Shown piece by piece: positions 51,158-59,094 of a DNA stretch of 64,000 nucleotides. Numbering within the stretch: the first letter of the stretch is position 1; the number at the start of each line of letters is the position of its first letter. The notes below the pieces were generated by a model. That model saw only the letters and a list, made by a program, of their open reading frames with translations. It was not told where the DNA came from and made no database searches. The DNA comes from an uncultured virus (IMG/VR IMGVR_UViG_3300025598_000032). Taxonomy: Duplodnaviria; Heunggongvirae; Uroviricota; Caudoviricetes. The stretch lies in IMG/VR virus record IMGVR_UViG_3300025598_000032; one strand, written 5' to 3'. Made by a program: the position numbers and the translations under genes.

Positions 51158-51745
51158 ATGAAGCTCAAGAAATTGATCTTTCCAATTGTCGTATTATCAT
51201 TATTTTATTCAACTTCATCGGCATTAGCAGATAGCCCCGCAGAAGTAGCAGCAAGAGCAGCAGCAAACGCAGCTCAATACGGATATACTTTGCCACCTGC
51301 TTCATCTTCAGTTTCACCAACTTTTATTATTCCTCCAGCTGATGGAAGGCCTGTTCCTGCTGTATCAGTTGAAACACCAGCAATTGTTCAGCAACCAACA
51401 CCAGCAATTTCACCAACAATTGTTCAGCAAACTTTAGTTGAAATTGTAACTCCTGTTGTAAATAATTTGATTACACCAGTTGTTCAAAACAATGTTGTTC
51501 CAATTAATACGACATCACAATCAATTCCAGTTGTTCTTCCTGATAATAGTGCTACAACAGCTTCAAATGTGATTGCAACTGAACCAACAGGTTTTGCTGT
51601 TACGCATACTCCAACCCCAACCCCTTCTGGGTTCTTGTTACCTGATTTTTCAGCTGGTATTCCTAAAAACATTATAAATACGTTTTCATTTCCTTCTACA
51701 ACAAAAATAACAAAGGCAAAAAAGGTAAAAACTTCTAAGAGGTAA
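51158..51745 (+). CDS. Secreted Pro/Thr/Val-rich low-complexity protein
   Basis: Signal-peptide-like MKLKKLIFPIVVLSLFYSTSSALA; PAIVQQ/PTIVQQ/PVVQN repeats; basic tail. Confidence 0.6.
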   Translation: MKLKKLIFPIVVLSLFYSTSSALADSPAEVAARAAANAAQYGYTLPPASSSVSPTFIIPPADGRPVPAVSVETPAIVQQPTPAISPTIVQQTLVEIVTPVVNNLITPVVQNNVVPINTTSQSIPVVLPDNSATTASNVIATEPTGFAVTHTPTPTPSGFLLPDFSAGIPKNIINTFSFPSTTKITKAKKVKTSKR

Positions 51746-51752
51746 TAACTTT

Positions 51753-51823
51753 TCTCAGATCGTCTAATGGTAGGACATTGCCCTTTGGAGGCAAGTATCT
51801 TGGTTCGAGTCCAGGTCTGAGAG
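51753..51823 (+). tRNA. tRNA-Gln(TTG)
   Basis: TCTCAGA/TCTGAGA acceptor; TTGCC-ctTTGga-GGCAA; GGTTCGAGTCC. Confidence 0.92.
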
Positions 51824-51826
51824 CAA

Positions 51827-51941
51827 GGCTATATGTGACACACCTTAGTATGGATATAGTTACACATAAACATGTACCCGAGTATAAGAGTTCGGGGAGA
51901 TAGGGCAGCGTCATTCGGTGCTGGAATACTCACATATAGCC
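51827..51941 (+). ncRNA. Candidate 115-nt structured RNA between tRNA-Gln and tRNA-Gly
   Basis: Perfect 12-bp terminal stem GGCTATATGTGA/TCACATATAGCC with internal hairpins. Confidence 0.55.
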
Positions 51942-51948
51942 CCTATTT

Positions 51949-52019
51949 GCGAATATTGCATAGTGGTAGTGCGTAACCTTGCCAAGGTTAATGTGCGGGT
52001 TCAATTCCCGCTATTCGCT
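51949..52019 (+). tRNA. tRNA-Gly(GCC)
   Basis: GCGAATA/TATTCGC acceptor; TAACC-ttGCCaa-GGTTA; GCGGG-TTCAATT-CCCGC. Confidence 0.92.
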
Positions 52020-52043
52020 CAAACAATGTATAATTAAACTATT

Positions 52044-52574
52044 ATGACAGATGAACACGATCAAAATATGACTTTACATATTTTGGCACATATTCCAGAA
52101 CATGACCCACGAGAGCACGATCCAAATTACAAGTATTTTATCGCTGCTAAAAAGAAAATTAAAGATGCGGGTATGTGGAGATGTGTCATTAATGACGATT
52201 TATGTGGTGGAGAACCAGAATTGCATCATACCCATGTAGAATTCTCACAAATACCAAATGCTGATGTTAAAAAGATAGAATCTTATTTTGGTTTAAATTT
52301 TAAAGATGACGGGGAATTTCAACAATGGTTAGAGAGTCCAGGAAATCTAGAGGTTTTGTGTACAAACCATCACAGAACACATTACGGTATTCATACGCTC
52401 CCACACGCTTTATGGGAAACCATGCGATTTAGAAAAAATGGAACACTACCAGCAGCAGAGGTAGTGGCAAATCCAAATAAAATGAAATCTCGCAAGATTA
52501 ATGATATAATTAGTACAAATAAAGAAAAACAAGGAGAAATAAATGGCAATAACACACCAAGTAGTAGCTCTTAA
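52044..52574 (+). CDS. His/Cys-rich HNH-like protein
   Basis: ELHHTH...NLEVLCTNHHRTHYGIH. Confidence 0.5.
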   Translation: MTDEHDQNMTLHILAHIPEHDPREHDPNYKYFIAAKKKIKDAGMWRCVINDDLCGGEPELHHTHVEFSQIPNADVKKIESYFGLNFKDDGEFQQWLESPGNLEVLCTNHHRTHYGIHTLPHALWETMRFRKNGTLPAAEVVANPNKMKSRKINDIISTNKEKQGEINGNNTPSSSS

Positions 52575-52830
52575 TGCTTCTACAGCAACATTAGTAAGTA
52601 TTCCATCAGCAAATGAAGCTGTATATGAAAGCAGAGTTTCACTTTCTGTTCAAAATTTAGATCCAGTAATTACTGTATATCTAGGATCTTCTTTAGTTAC
52701 TACATCATCTTATGGTTTTGCTCTTTTAGCAGGTCAAACATACACAGTAGATCTTCTTGCTTCCGATCAACTTTATGCTATTGCATCATCTGGAACTCCA
52801 AATGTCGCAGTATTAGCAGCAGAGGTTTAA
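52543..52830 (+). CDS. Small beta-rich protein, possible virion decoration
   Basis: SVQNLD...VYLG...GFALLAGQT...LYAIA; AGGAG RBS and TGATATAAT. Confidence 0.5.
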   Translation: MAITHQVVALNASTATLVSIPSANEAVYESRVSLSVQNLDPVITVYLGSSLVTTSSYGFALLAGQTYTVDLLASDQLYAIASSGTPNVAVLAAEV

Positions 52831-52831
52831 T

Positions 52832-53329
52832 ATGAGCATTAAAGTTTCAACAGTTCCCGCTCAAATTCTTTATTACGGAAACTTTGCACGTTCAACAAAT
52901 ATGTCATCTGGCGGTACAACAACAGATAACGTTATAACTTGGGACACAACAAATCTTTCAAAAGGTATGTCAATTAGTAATACTGATGCCACAAAAATTA
53001 CTTTTCAAGTTCCAGGTACATACAACCTTAACTTTTTAGGTCAATTTAACTTTACTGGTGGAGCATCTAATTACAATATTACAACTTGGTTTTCTAAAAA
53101 TGGAGTAAATGTACCTTCATCCGCATTTACATTTACAACTACAAGTGCTCAAGGTTCACAGGTATTGGCAAATATTGAATCACCAATTATTGTTAATGCA
53201 GGAGATTATATTCAATTTCACTGGTGGTCAGGTGCAGCGGGAATGTCATTATTGGCTACAGCAGCAGGAACAAATCCAGCAAGACCAGCATCACCAAGTG
53301 CTAATCTAACAATTTATAACGTAGGATAG
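52832..53329 (+). CDS. C1q/BclA-C-terminal-like jelly-roll protein
   Basis: ITFQVPGTYNLNFLGQF...WFSKNG...NAGDYIQ. Confidence 0.5.
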   Translation: MSIKVSTVPAQILYYGNFARSTNMSSGGTTTDNVITWDTTNLSKGMSISNTDATKITFQVPGTYNLNFLGQFNFTGGASNYNITTWFSKNGVNVPSSAFTFTTTSAQGSQVLANIESPIIVNAGDYIQFHWWSGAAGMSLLATAAGTNPARPASPSANLTIYNVG

Positions 53330-53336
53330 GATAAAA

Positions 53337-54227
53337 ATGTCAACAAATAAATGCATGACTTGCGGATGTGATGATCTAGGTAATGATCATCATTATATTT
53401 CAGATACAGAAAAATGTGCATCATGCATTGATAAAGGTCAAGGCCCATGTTGGGATGGCTACGAATATGCTGGAACTAAAGAAAAAGATGGCAAGACTGT
53501 TCCTAATTGCGTTCCCGTCAAAAAATCAGATGGTTACCAGCCAAATGCAGGAATGAAAGCAGCAGCACGTCGTGCGTTAAAATGGAAAGAAGATGGATTA
53601 GCAAACGGAGCAGGTACACCAGTTGGCTGGGGACGTGCAAGTGATATCGTTGCGGGAAGATCAATGTCTCTTGATACAGTAAAGCGTATGTATTCTTTCT
53701 TCTCACGTCATGAAGTTGATAAGCAAGGAAAAGATTGGGATAAGCCATCTCACGGAAAAATTATGTGGAATGCTTGGGGCGGGGATGCAGGATATGCTTG
53801 GTCTCGTGCCATTGTAAATAAAGAAAATAAAATTGAAAAAGAATCTGCAGGTGCTGGAAGAATTTCTGGTGGTGTAGGATTTAAATTAGAATACAATGTT
53901 CCAGATTGTTTAGGTGGTTATGCCATTACAAAGGCGGGAACTGGACAAGTAATTGGTTGTTATACAACTAAAGAACATGCACAGGAAGCCATGGACGCCA
54001 TAGCAGTAAATGAACCAGATTTAACTAAGTCTGATCAAACAAAGCAAGATGAGCAAGAAGGTATTGGTTCGTTTAGTTTTTGGTCAGGATCCTTTGCACC
54101 CGTGATGGGTTCAGTAATGCAAGATGCGAGATACAACTCGACATACAATAGCCCACCACAGAAAGATGGAAAGCCATCAGCGGGGTACGGAAACCGATCA
54201 GACAAACACGGTAGATCTAATTCATAA
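53337..54227 (+). CDS. Multi-module protein, probable internal head protein
   Basis: GPCWDGY...VPNCVP; RMYSFFSRH...AWGGDAG; FSFWSGSFAP resembles the scaffold C-terminus. Confidence 0.5.
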   Translation: MSTNKCMTCGCDDLGNDHHYISDTEKCASCIDKGQGPCWDGYEYAGTKEKDGKTVPNCVPVKKSDGYQPNAGMKAAARRALKWKEDGLANGAGTPVGWGRASDIVAGRSMSLDTVKRMYSFFSRHEVDKQGKDWDKPSHGKIMWNAWGGDAGYAWSRAIVNKENKIEKESAGAGRISGGVGFKLEYNVPDCLGGYAITKAGTGQVIGCYTTKEHAQEAMDAIAVNEPDLTKSDQTKQDEQEGIGSFSFWSGSFAPVMGSVMQDARYNSTYNSPPQKDGKPSAGYGNRSDKHGRSNS

Positions 54228-54303
54228 AATCTGATATAATATATATGAACTGCCTTTGGGGGTTCAAAAATCTAACTAACTCGCTGAAAAGGAGCAAGTA
54301 ATA

Positions 54304-54762
54304 ATGACACATCTAAGAACACAAAATAGCAATTATCTCTACACTCAAAATCCATTTGCAACATTAGAAACGGTATTTAATGATCCGTTTTTCTTAGGAT
54401 TTGGTGATCAATTCCATCGTTGGACAACAAATAAAACAACATCATCTTCATTTCCACCATATAATGTTAAGAAGATTGATGATGATACTTATGTTGTTGA
54501 ATTAGCTGTTGCAGGATATGATCGTGAAGATCTTGATATTACTGTAGATAAAGATACATTAATTATCAAAAGTGATCGTGAAAATGAAGACAAATCAGAA
54601 TTCTTTTACAGAGGAATCGCTGGTCGCAAGTTTACACAGACCTTCACTCTTGGTGAGTATATGATTGTTAAATCTGCTTCACTTGAAAATGGAATTTTAA
54701 CCGTCAAGATTGAACGGGAAGTTCCAGAGGAAGCAAAACCAAAAACAATCCGAATTAAGTAA
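54304..54762 (+). CDS. Small heat-shock protein (Hsp20/IbpA-like)
   Basis: FPPYNV, ELAVAGY, RGIAGRKF, ASLENGILTV. Confidence 0.93.
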   Translation: MTHLRTQNSNYLYTQNPFATLETVFNDPFFLGFGDQFHRWTTNKTTSSSFPPYNVKKIDDDTYVVELAVAGYDREDLDITVDKDTLIIKSDRENEDKSEFFYRGIAGRKFTQTFTLGEYMIVKSASLENGILTVKIEREVPEEAKPKTIRIK

Positions 54763-54779
54763 TGATATAATAATAATCA

Positions 54780-54843
54780 CTGCACCCTTTCATCGGGGAG
54801 TCGCAGGGTAAGGACCTGAGCATGTCCTTTTCAAAACTGCTCA
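54780..54843 (+). ncRNA. Candidate small RNA: hairpin plus H-type pseudoknot
   Basis: AAGGAC/GTCCTT stem; loop TGAGCA pairs with downstream TGCTCA; TGATATAAT at 54763-54771. Confidence 0.5.
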
Positions 54844-54864
54844 TATTAATGTATAATTAGATAT

Positions 54865-55161
54865 ATGAAAAAAGTCATTAACCATATATCTTTTTATGTA
54901 GACAAGTACCCAGCCAGAATGTCTGGATATATGTCAGCAATAATTCTTAATGTATCGCACATGTGGGCAAGTTTTCCAATTGGATTATTTATTCCAGTTG
55001 CAATGTTGCTTATTATGATGGGCGAGGGATCACAAAGAAAAGAAGATGAAAAGACTTTGAAAGCTTTGTATACAGATAATGACAAAGAAAAACCAGACGC
55101 TGATATTTTGTTGGATATGGTAGCAGAATTACATAAAAAGGATGGAAATCATGGCAACTAA
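54865..55161 (+). CDS. Small membrane protein
   Basis: Hydrophobic SAIILNV and FPIGLFIPVAMLLIMM. Confidence 0.55.
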   Translation: MKKVINHISFYVDKYPARMSGYMSAIILNVSHMWASFPIGLFIPVAMLLIMMGEGSQRKEDEKTLKALYTDNDKEKPDADILLDMVAELHKKDGNHGN

Positions 55162-55612
55162 TGAAGATTTAATTAAAGAACTAAAAATTTTAAAATCAAT
55201 GGTGGTTAAGCATTATGTGCAAGCCCACGGTTATCATTGGAATGTAGAAGGATCAAACTTTCCACAATATCATAAGTTTTTCTTAAAGATTTATGAAGAT
55301 TTATATGAGTCAATTGATCCTATTGCAGAAAATATTCGTAAGCTGGGTGCAAAAGCTCCATTTGGATTAAAGTCATGGACAGAATTAAGCCCTGAATTAG
55401 AAATTAATGATTCAATTGATCTTAATGCTCGTGAAATGCTTCAAGAATTAGTTAACACAAACATTATTGTTATGGACCAACTTAAACATACATATGATGT
55501 AGCAAATGAATTAGATGAGCAAGGTATTTGTAATTTTATTGCAGGAAGACAAGAAGCACACAAATTCTGGCAATGGCAGTTGACAAGCACTTTAAAGCCT
55601 ACTATAATGTAA
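55142..55612 (+). CDS. dps: Dps/ferritin-like protein
   Basis: AHGYHWNVEG, HKFF, DPIAENIRKLG, HKFWQWQL. Confidence 0.92.
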   Translation: MEIMATNEDLIKELKILKSMVVKHYVQAHGYHWNVEGSNFPQYHKFFLKIYEDLYESIDPIAENIRKLGAKAPFGLKSWTELSPELEINDSIDLNAREMLQELVNTNIIVMDQLKHTYDVANELDEQGICNFIAGRQEAHKFWQWQLTSTLKPTIM

Positions 55613-55686
55613 CTACAAAGGTCTTTCATCTCTTTTCTTTCGTAAAAATGTTACAAAAGGATCTAGAAATAGGTCCTTTTCTATTT

Positions 55687-55759
55687 GCCCCAGTAATCCA
55701 GCGGTAGAGATAGTGGACTTAAAATCCATACAGCGACAGTTCGAATCTGTCTTGGGGTA
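55687..55759 (+). tRNA. tRNA-Leu(TAA) with atypically short variable region
   Basis: GCCCCAG/TTGGGGT-A; GTGGA-ctTAAaa-TCCAT; GACAG-TTCGAAT-CTGTC; variable region only ACAGC. Confidence 0.82.
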
Positions 55760-55760
55760 C

Positions 55761-55833
55761 GCCTTTGTAGCTCAGGGGATAGAGCGAGACTCTTCTAAGG
55801 TCTGCGTCGCAGGTTCGATTCCTGCCAAGGGCA
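55761..55833 (+). tRNA. tRNA-Arg(TCT)
   Basis: GCCTTTG/CAAGGGC-A; AGACT-ctTCTaa-GGTCT; GCAGG-TTCGATT-CCTGC. Confidence 0.92.
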
Positions 55834-55877
55834 CGTAAGTAATAAATAATAAATAAGGTATAATAGGTTATGAGGAA

Positions 55878-56210
55878 GTGAAAATGGAATACGATCCATC
55901 TGATGAAGATCACGTAGAGATTATGGAGTACCTTGTTTCAGAAGGTGCTGCAGAAATTGACGGAATTGATGAAGACGGTGAGCCATTTTATAAGTTTGAC
56001 ATGGATGTTTTGGAAGAAGTTATGCCAGAACTACACCAAGTAATGATGGATGATATGGATCAAACATTAATTGATTTATATCAAAGAGATTTACTAGAAG
56101 TATCTTATGATGAAAATCTAAATGCCCAATTTAGCTTAACAGAAAAAGCTAAAGAGGAATTAATTAGACAAGGATTTTCTTTTGATGAAGAAGAAATTCC
56201 AGACAATTAA
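55878..56210 (+). CDS. Acidic hypothetical protein
   Basis: ORF after GGTATAAT and GAGGA. Confidence 0.6.
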   Translation: MKMEYDPSDEDHVEIMEYLVSEGAAEIDGIDEDGEPFYKFDMDVLEEVMPELHQVMMDDMDQTLIDLYQRDLLEVSYDENLNAQFSLTEKAKEELIRQGFSFDEEEIPDN

Positions 56211-56232
56211 CCTATAAGGTGGTGATTTAAAT

Positions 56233-56469
56233 ATGGATAACAATCAACAAGGTAAGGAAGGTGGAGTGCAGCAACCTGCTGCAGCAACACCAGTTACAGA
56301 GCAGGCAGGTCCAGAGGCAGGCCTTCGTTCAGATGCAAAAACAGATCTCGGAGTTAATAACCCTGGCTCTATGAGCGTAGCATCTCCTTTTAAGGGAAGT
56401 GATGTTTCAATGACCACTCCACAGTATGCTGGAGGAAACATCACCACAACAGAGGCGGGATCAAAGTAA
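56233..56469 (+). CDS. 78-aa disordered protein with capsid-gene-type RBS
   Basis: ATAAGGTGGTGA upstream; Q/G/A/T-rich. Confidence 0.6.
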   Translation: MDNNQQGKEGGVQQPAAATPVTEQAGPEAGLRSDAKTDLGVNNPGSMSVASPFKGSDVSMTTPQYAGGNITTTEAGSK

Positions 56470-56470
56470 A

Positions 56471-57301
56471 ATGGAATTAGTAGAAAAAAGAGAATTCTCT
56501 GATAAGAAGCGTAAGGAATTGGCAGACAAAGGTCATGCACTTCCAGACGGTTCTTTTCCAATCGAAAATACTACCGATCTTCATAATGCTATCCAGTCTA
56601 TAGGTCGTGCATCAAATTATGCTGAAGCTAAAAAGCATATCATTGCCAGGGCTAAAGCATTAAATGCAGCAAAGTTACTTCCAAAAGATTGGAAGGTAAC
56701 CAAGTTTATTGATGATGTTAAAGATGCTATTGAAAAAGCAATTGGAACATCATCTTCAGCAAATCAAGAGGCAGATGAAAGATCTGTCGAAAATTATGTT
56801 AGAGGGAATTTTAATACAAACACCCCTACTAATGGGACAGGAGGTAATATAGTGTCAAATACAACAGAACCAGATCCACAAGGCGATATCGCTGTACAAA
56901 AGGATCTTCCTAATGCAACACGTCCAGATGCAGTTACAACAATTGCACAAGAAACACGTCCAGAAGGCGATGTAACCCCATCAGCAGCTGAACACATCAA
57001 CCCAGATGTTTCAACAGGCGGAGCAGGAGTCTACAAGGCTGATATGTGCCCAGATTGCGGTAAGCCTGCAGTTCATATGTGCAACATGGACAAAGCTGAC
57101 GCTTCAGAAGAAGATGATAAGGTCGAAAAGGCTGCATCAGCAGATGAGGTCACAGAAGATAATGCTGATGATCAAGCTGTAACAAAGGCTGCAGATGAAG
57201 TAGAGTCTAAGGAAGAAGATTCCAAGGAAACTGCTGCAGATGAGAAGGCTGAAATGAAGAAATCACTTTGGGGTGGAGCATTTAGCCCATTTACAAAGTA
57301 A
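56471..57301 (+). CDS. DUF6582-like N-terminal domain plus acidic tail ending KSLWGGAF; probable internal head protein
   Basis: GHALPDGSFPIENTTDLHNAIQSIGRA...HIIARAKAL; in-frame ATG at 56471. Confidence 0.6.
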   Translation: MELVEKREFSDKKRKELADKGHALPDGSFPIENTTDLHNAIQSIGRASNYAEAKKHIIARAKALNAAKLLPKDWKVTKFIDDVKDAIEKAIGTSSSANQEADERSVENYVRGNFNTNTPTNGTGGNIVSNTTEPDPQGDIAVQKDLPNATRPDAVTTIAQETRPEGDVTPSAAEHINPDVSTGGAGVYKADMCPDCGKPAVHMCNMDKADASEEDDKVEKAASADEVTEDNADDQAVTKAADEVESKEEDSKETAADEKAEMKKSLWGGAFSPFTK

Positions 57302-57325
57302 ACTAATATATACGTATATATTCAA

Positions 57326-57349
57326 ACAAGGACGGGAAACCGTCCTTGT
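57326..57349 (+). terminator. Terminator hairpin
   Basis: ACAAGGACGG-gaaa-CCGTCCTTGT then GTGTTT. Confidence 0.7.
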
Positions 57350-57369
57350 GTGTTTCAGAAAGGTAGATT

Positions 57370-57738
57370 ATGAAAGTAATAGTATTTGGTAGTAAAAACT
57401 ATACAGATTATAACGAGCTAATGCGTCAAATAACAGTATTGCTTGATGATCGTAAACATTTTTATCCAGATGATAAGTCCCACGTTTTTGTTCATGGCGG
57501 GCATCAAGGTGCTGATAACATGGTTACTGAGTATATCGGTAAAGTAGAAAAATACATGCGTCAAAAAGGTTATTCAATTAAAGAAGAATTAGTTAAACTT
57601 AAATCATCTTTAAATGATTTAACATTAATTGAAAAAGGTGCTGATTTTGTATTGCTTTTTGGAACATCAGAAAGAACTTACACGTGTGAAAAATTTTTAA
57701 AAGAATATGCAATTCCCTATAGATTTATTAAAGAATAG
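57370..57738 (+). CDS. SLOG/YspA (DUF2493)-like protein
   Basis: MKVIVFGSKNYTDY...VHGGHQGAD. Confidence 0.65.
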   Translation: MKVIVFGSKNYTDYNELMRQITVLLDDRKHFYPDDKSHVFVHGGHQGADNMVTEYIGKVEKYMRQKGYSIKEELVKLKSSLNDLTLIEKGADFVLLFGTSERTYTCEKFLKEYAIPYRFIKE

Positions 57739-57740
57739 GC

Positions 57741-57770
57741 TTGACAAACCATCTTTATAAATGATACAAT
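57741..57770 (+). promoter_or_regulatory. Sigma70-type promoter
   Basis: TTGACA-18 nt-TACAAT with extended TG. Confidence 0.7.
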
Positions 57771-57802
57771 AAATATAAGGTCCCTACTAACAAAGGAAAA
57801 AT

Positions 57803-58111
57803 ATGACACAGATTCAACCGCTAGGTAGTCTCGTACTTGTCAAAGAAAACAAACAAGAAGATAGAACAACAAAATCAGGTTTGGTTATTGCTGCAACTGT
57901 AGCTGAATCAAATTTGTCTCGTGGCGTAGTTGTTAAAGTAGGTCCAGGGGATAATGATAATGCAGGCAATCATTATGATATCCCTTTACAGCCAGGCGAC
58001 ACTGTAATTTATTCTCATAATCATGCAACAGAAGTTGAAGATGATGATAGCGAAAAATATCAATTTATTAACTGGAGAAATCTCCTTGGAGTTGTAAAGG
58101 AAAACAACTAA
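57803..58111 (+). CDS. groES: GroES/Cpn10 co-chaperonin
   Basis: IQPLGSLVLV, TKSGLVI, GVVVKVGPG, GDTVIY. Confidence 0.9.
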   Translation: MTQIQPLGSLVLVKENKQEDRTTKSGLVIAATVAESNLSRGVVVKVGPGDNDNAGNHYDIPLQPGDTVIYSHNHATEVEDDDSEKYQFINWRNLLGVVKENN

Positions 58112-58341
58112 TGCCATCTTTTGAATTAAACTACGAAGAAGCACATGCTTTTGTAGAAAAAAATATTAAAAACAATTTTTTTTGGGACGGTTATACTTTA
58201 GTAAAGTGGAATCAAAACCCTGATGGTTACATGGCAACAAATGGTTTGTTTAGAAAAGGTAAGTGGGGATACGCAACTTATTATAAAATGACTAACCGTG
58301 GTACTTGGAAGGTTAGCGATAAGTATGCCAGGTTTATTTAG
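58111..58341 (+). CDS. Hypothetical aromatic-rich protein
   Basis: ORF coupled to groES. Confidence 0.55.
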   Translation: MPSFELNYEEAHAFVEKNIKNNFFWDGYTLVKWNQNPDGYMATNGLFRKGKWGYATYYKMTNRGTWKVSDKYARFI

Positions 58342-58651
58342 TCATTTAGGAATTGATGAAGTTGATATCAAATGGTATCACCTTGCAGCATGCACAAATA
58401 TGTCAATTAATTGGTTTTATGATGATTATGAATCAGATAAAGAGCTTGCCAAACAAATTGATCAAGTTTGTTTACATTGTCCAGTAATTAAACAATGTCA
58501 TAAAGAAGGTGTAGCAAATAAAGAGTTTGGTGTACGAGGCGGTATTTTTATGGACTTAGGTCGTATAGATAAACAAAATAACTCACACAAAGACCCAGAA
58601 ATATGGAGTCAGTTAAAGAAAATTCATGGCAAAAATATCTTACACAGTTGA
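58325..58651 (+). CDS. whiB: WhiB-family Fe-S transcription factor
   Basis: AAC...VCLHCPVIKQC...EFGVRGG; in-frame ATG at 58325. Confidence 0.85.
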   Translation: MPGLFSHLGIDEVDIKWYHLAACTNMSINWFYDDYESDKELAKQIDQVCLHCPVIKQCHKEGVANKEFGVRGGIFMDLGRIDKQNNSHKDPEIWSQLKKIHGKNILHS

Positions 58652-58904
58652 AATGGCTAAAAGGATTAGGGCAATTAAATGTCCTGTTAAAAATCTTATA
58701 TTAGATGTCAGAGCAAGACCAAACTACCTTGCTTTAACTGTTTATGAAAGTAATGTTATGGAATACAACGAAAGTCAAAGAATGCAGATCATGGAATACT
58801 TACTTCATGTTCGTGAATTAATTCAAGCATTTGGGACTCCATGCGAAATAGAAGGGATGAAATACACTGATGAGCAAGCAAGGGCAAGACGGGGACAACG
58901 CTGA
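58626..58904 (+). CDS. Hypothetical protein
   Basis: ORF in coupled operon. Confidence 0.55.
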   Translation: MAKISYTVEMAKRIRAIKCPVKNLILDVRARPNYLALTVYESNVMEYNESQRMQIMEYLLHVRELIQAFGTPCEIEGMKYTDEQARARRGQR

Positions 58905-59094
58905 AGATTCAATCACCTACGTATATCTTCCATACGAAGATGTCTATGGAACTGTAAAAAGACATGGTGCTTGGGTATCTTTAATTGAATATTTTGAAGG
59001 CGGTGTTCAATATTTGGTAGAAGTGCCAAATGATGAGTTTAATATAGTAGATGAAATAGGAATAGGTTATATTGATGAGACGGAAGGTCTATAA
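58870..59094 (+). CDS. Hypothetical protein
   Basis: ORF in coupled operon. Confidence 0.5.
   Translation: MSKQGQDGDNAEDSITYVYLPYEDVYGTVKRHGAWVSLIEYFEGGVQYLVEVPNDEFNIVDEIGIGYIDETEGL

Noticed and set aside
54247..54303. RNA thermometer upstream of Hsp20
   Set aside because: A small hairpin exists (GAAC...GTTC) but it does not sequester the AAGGAG SD.
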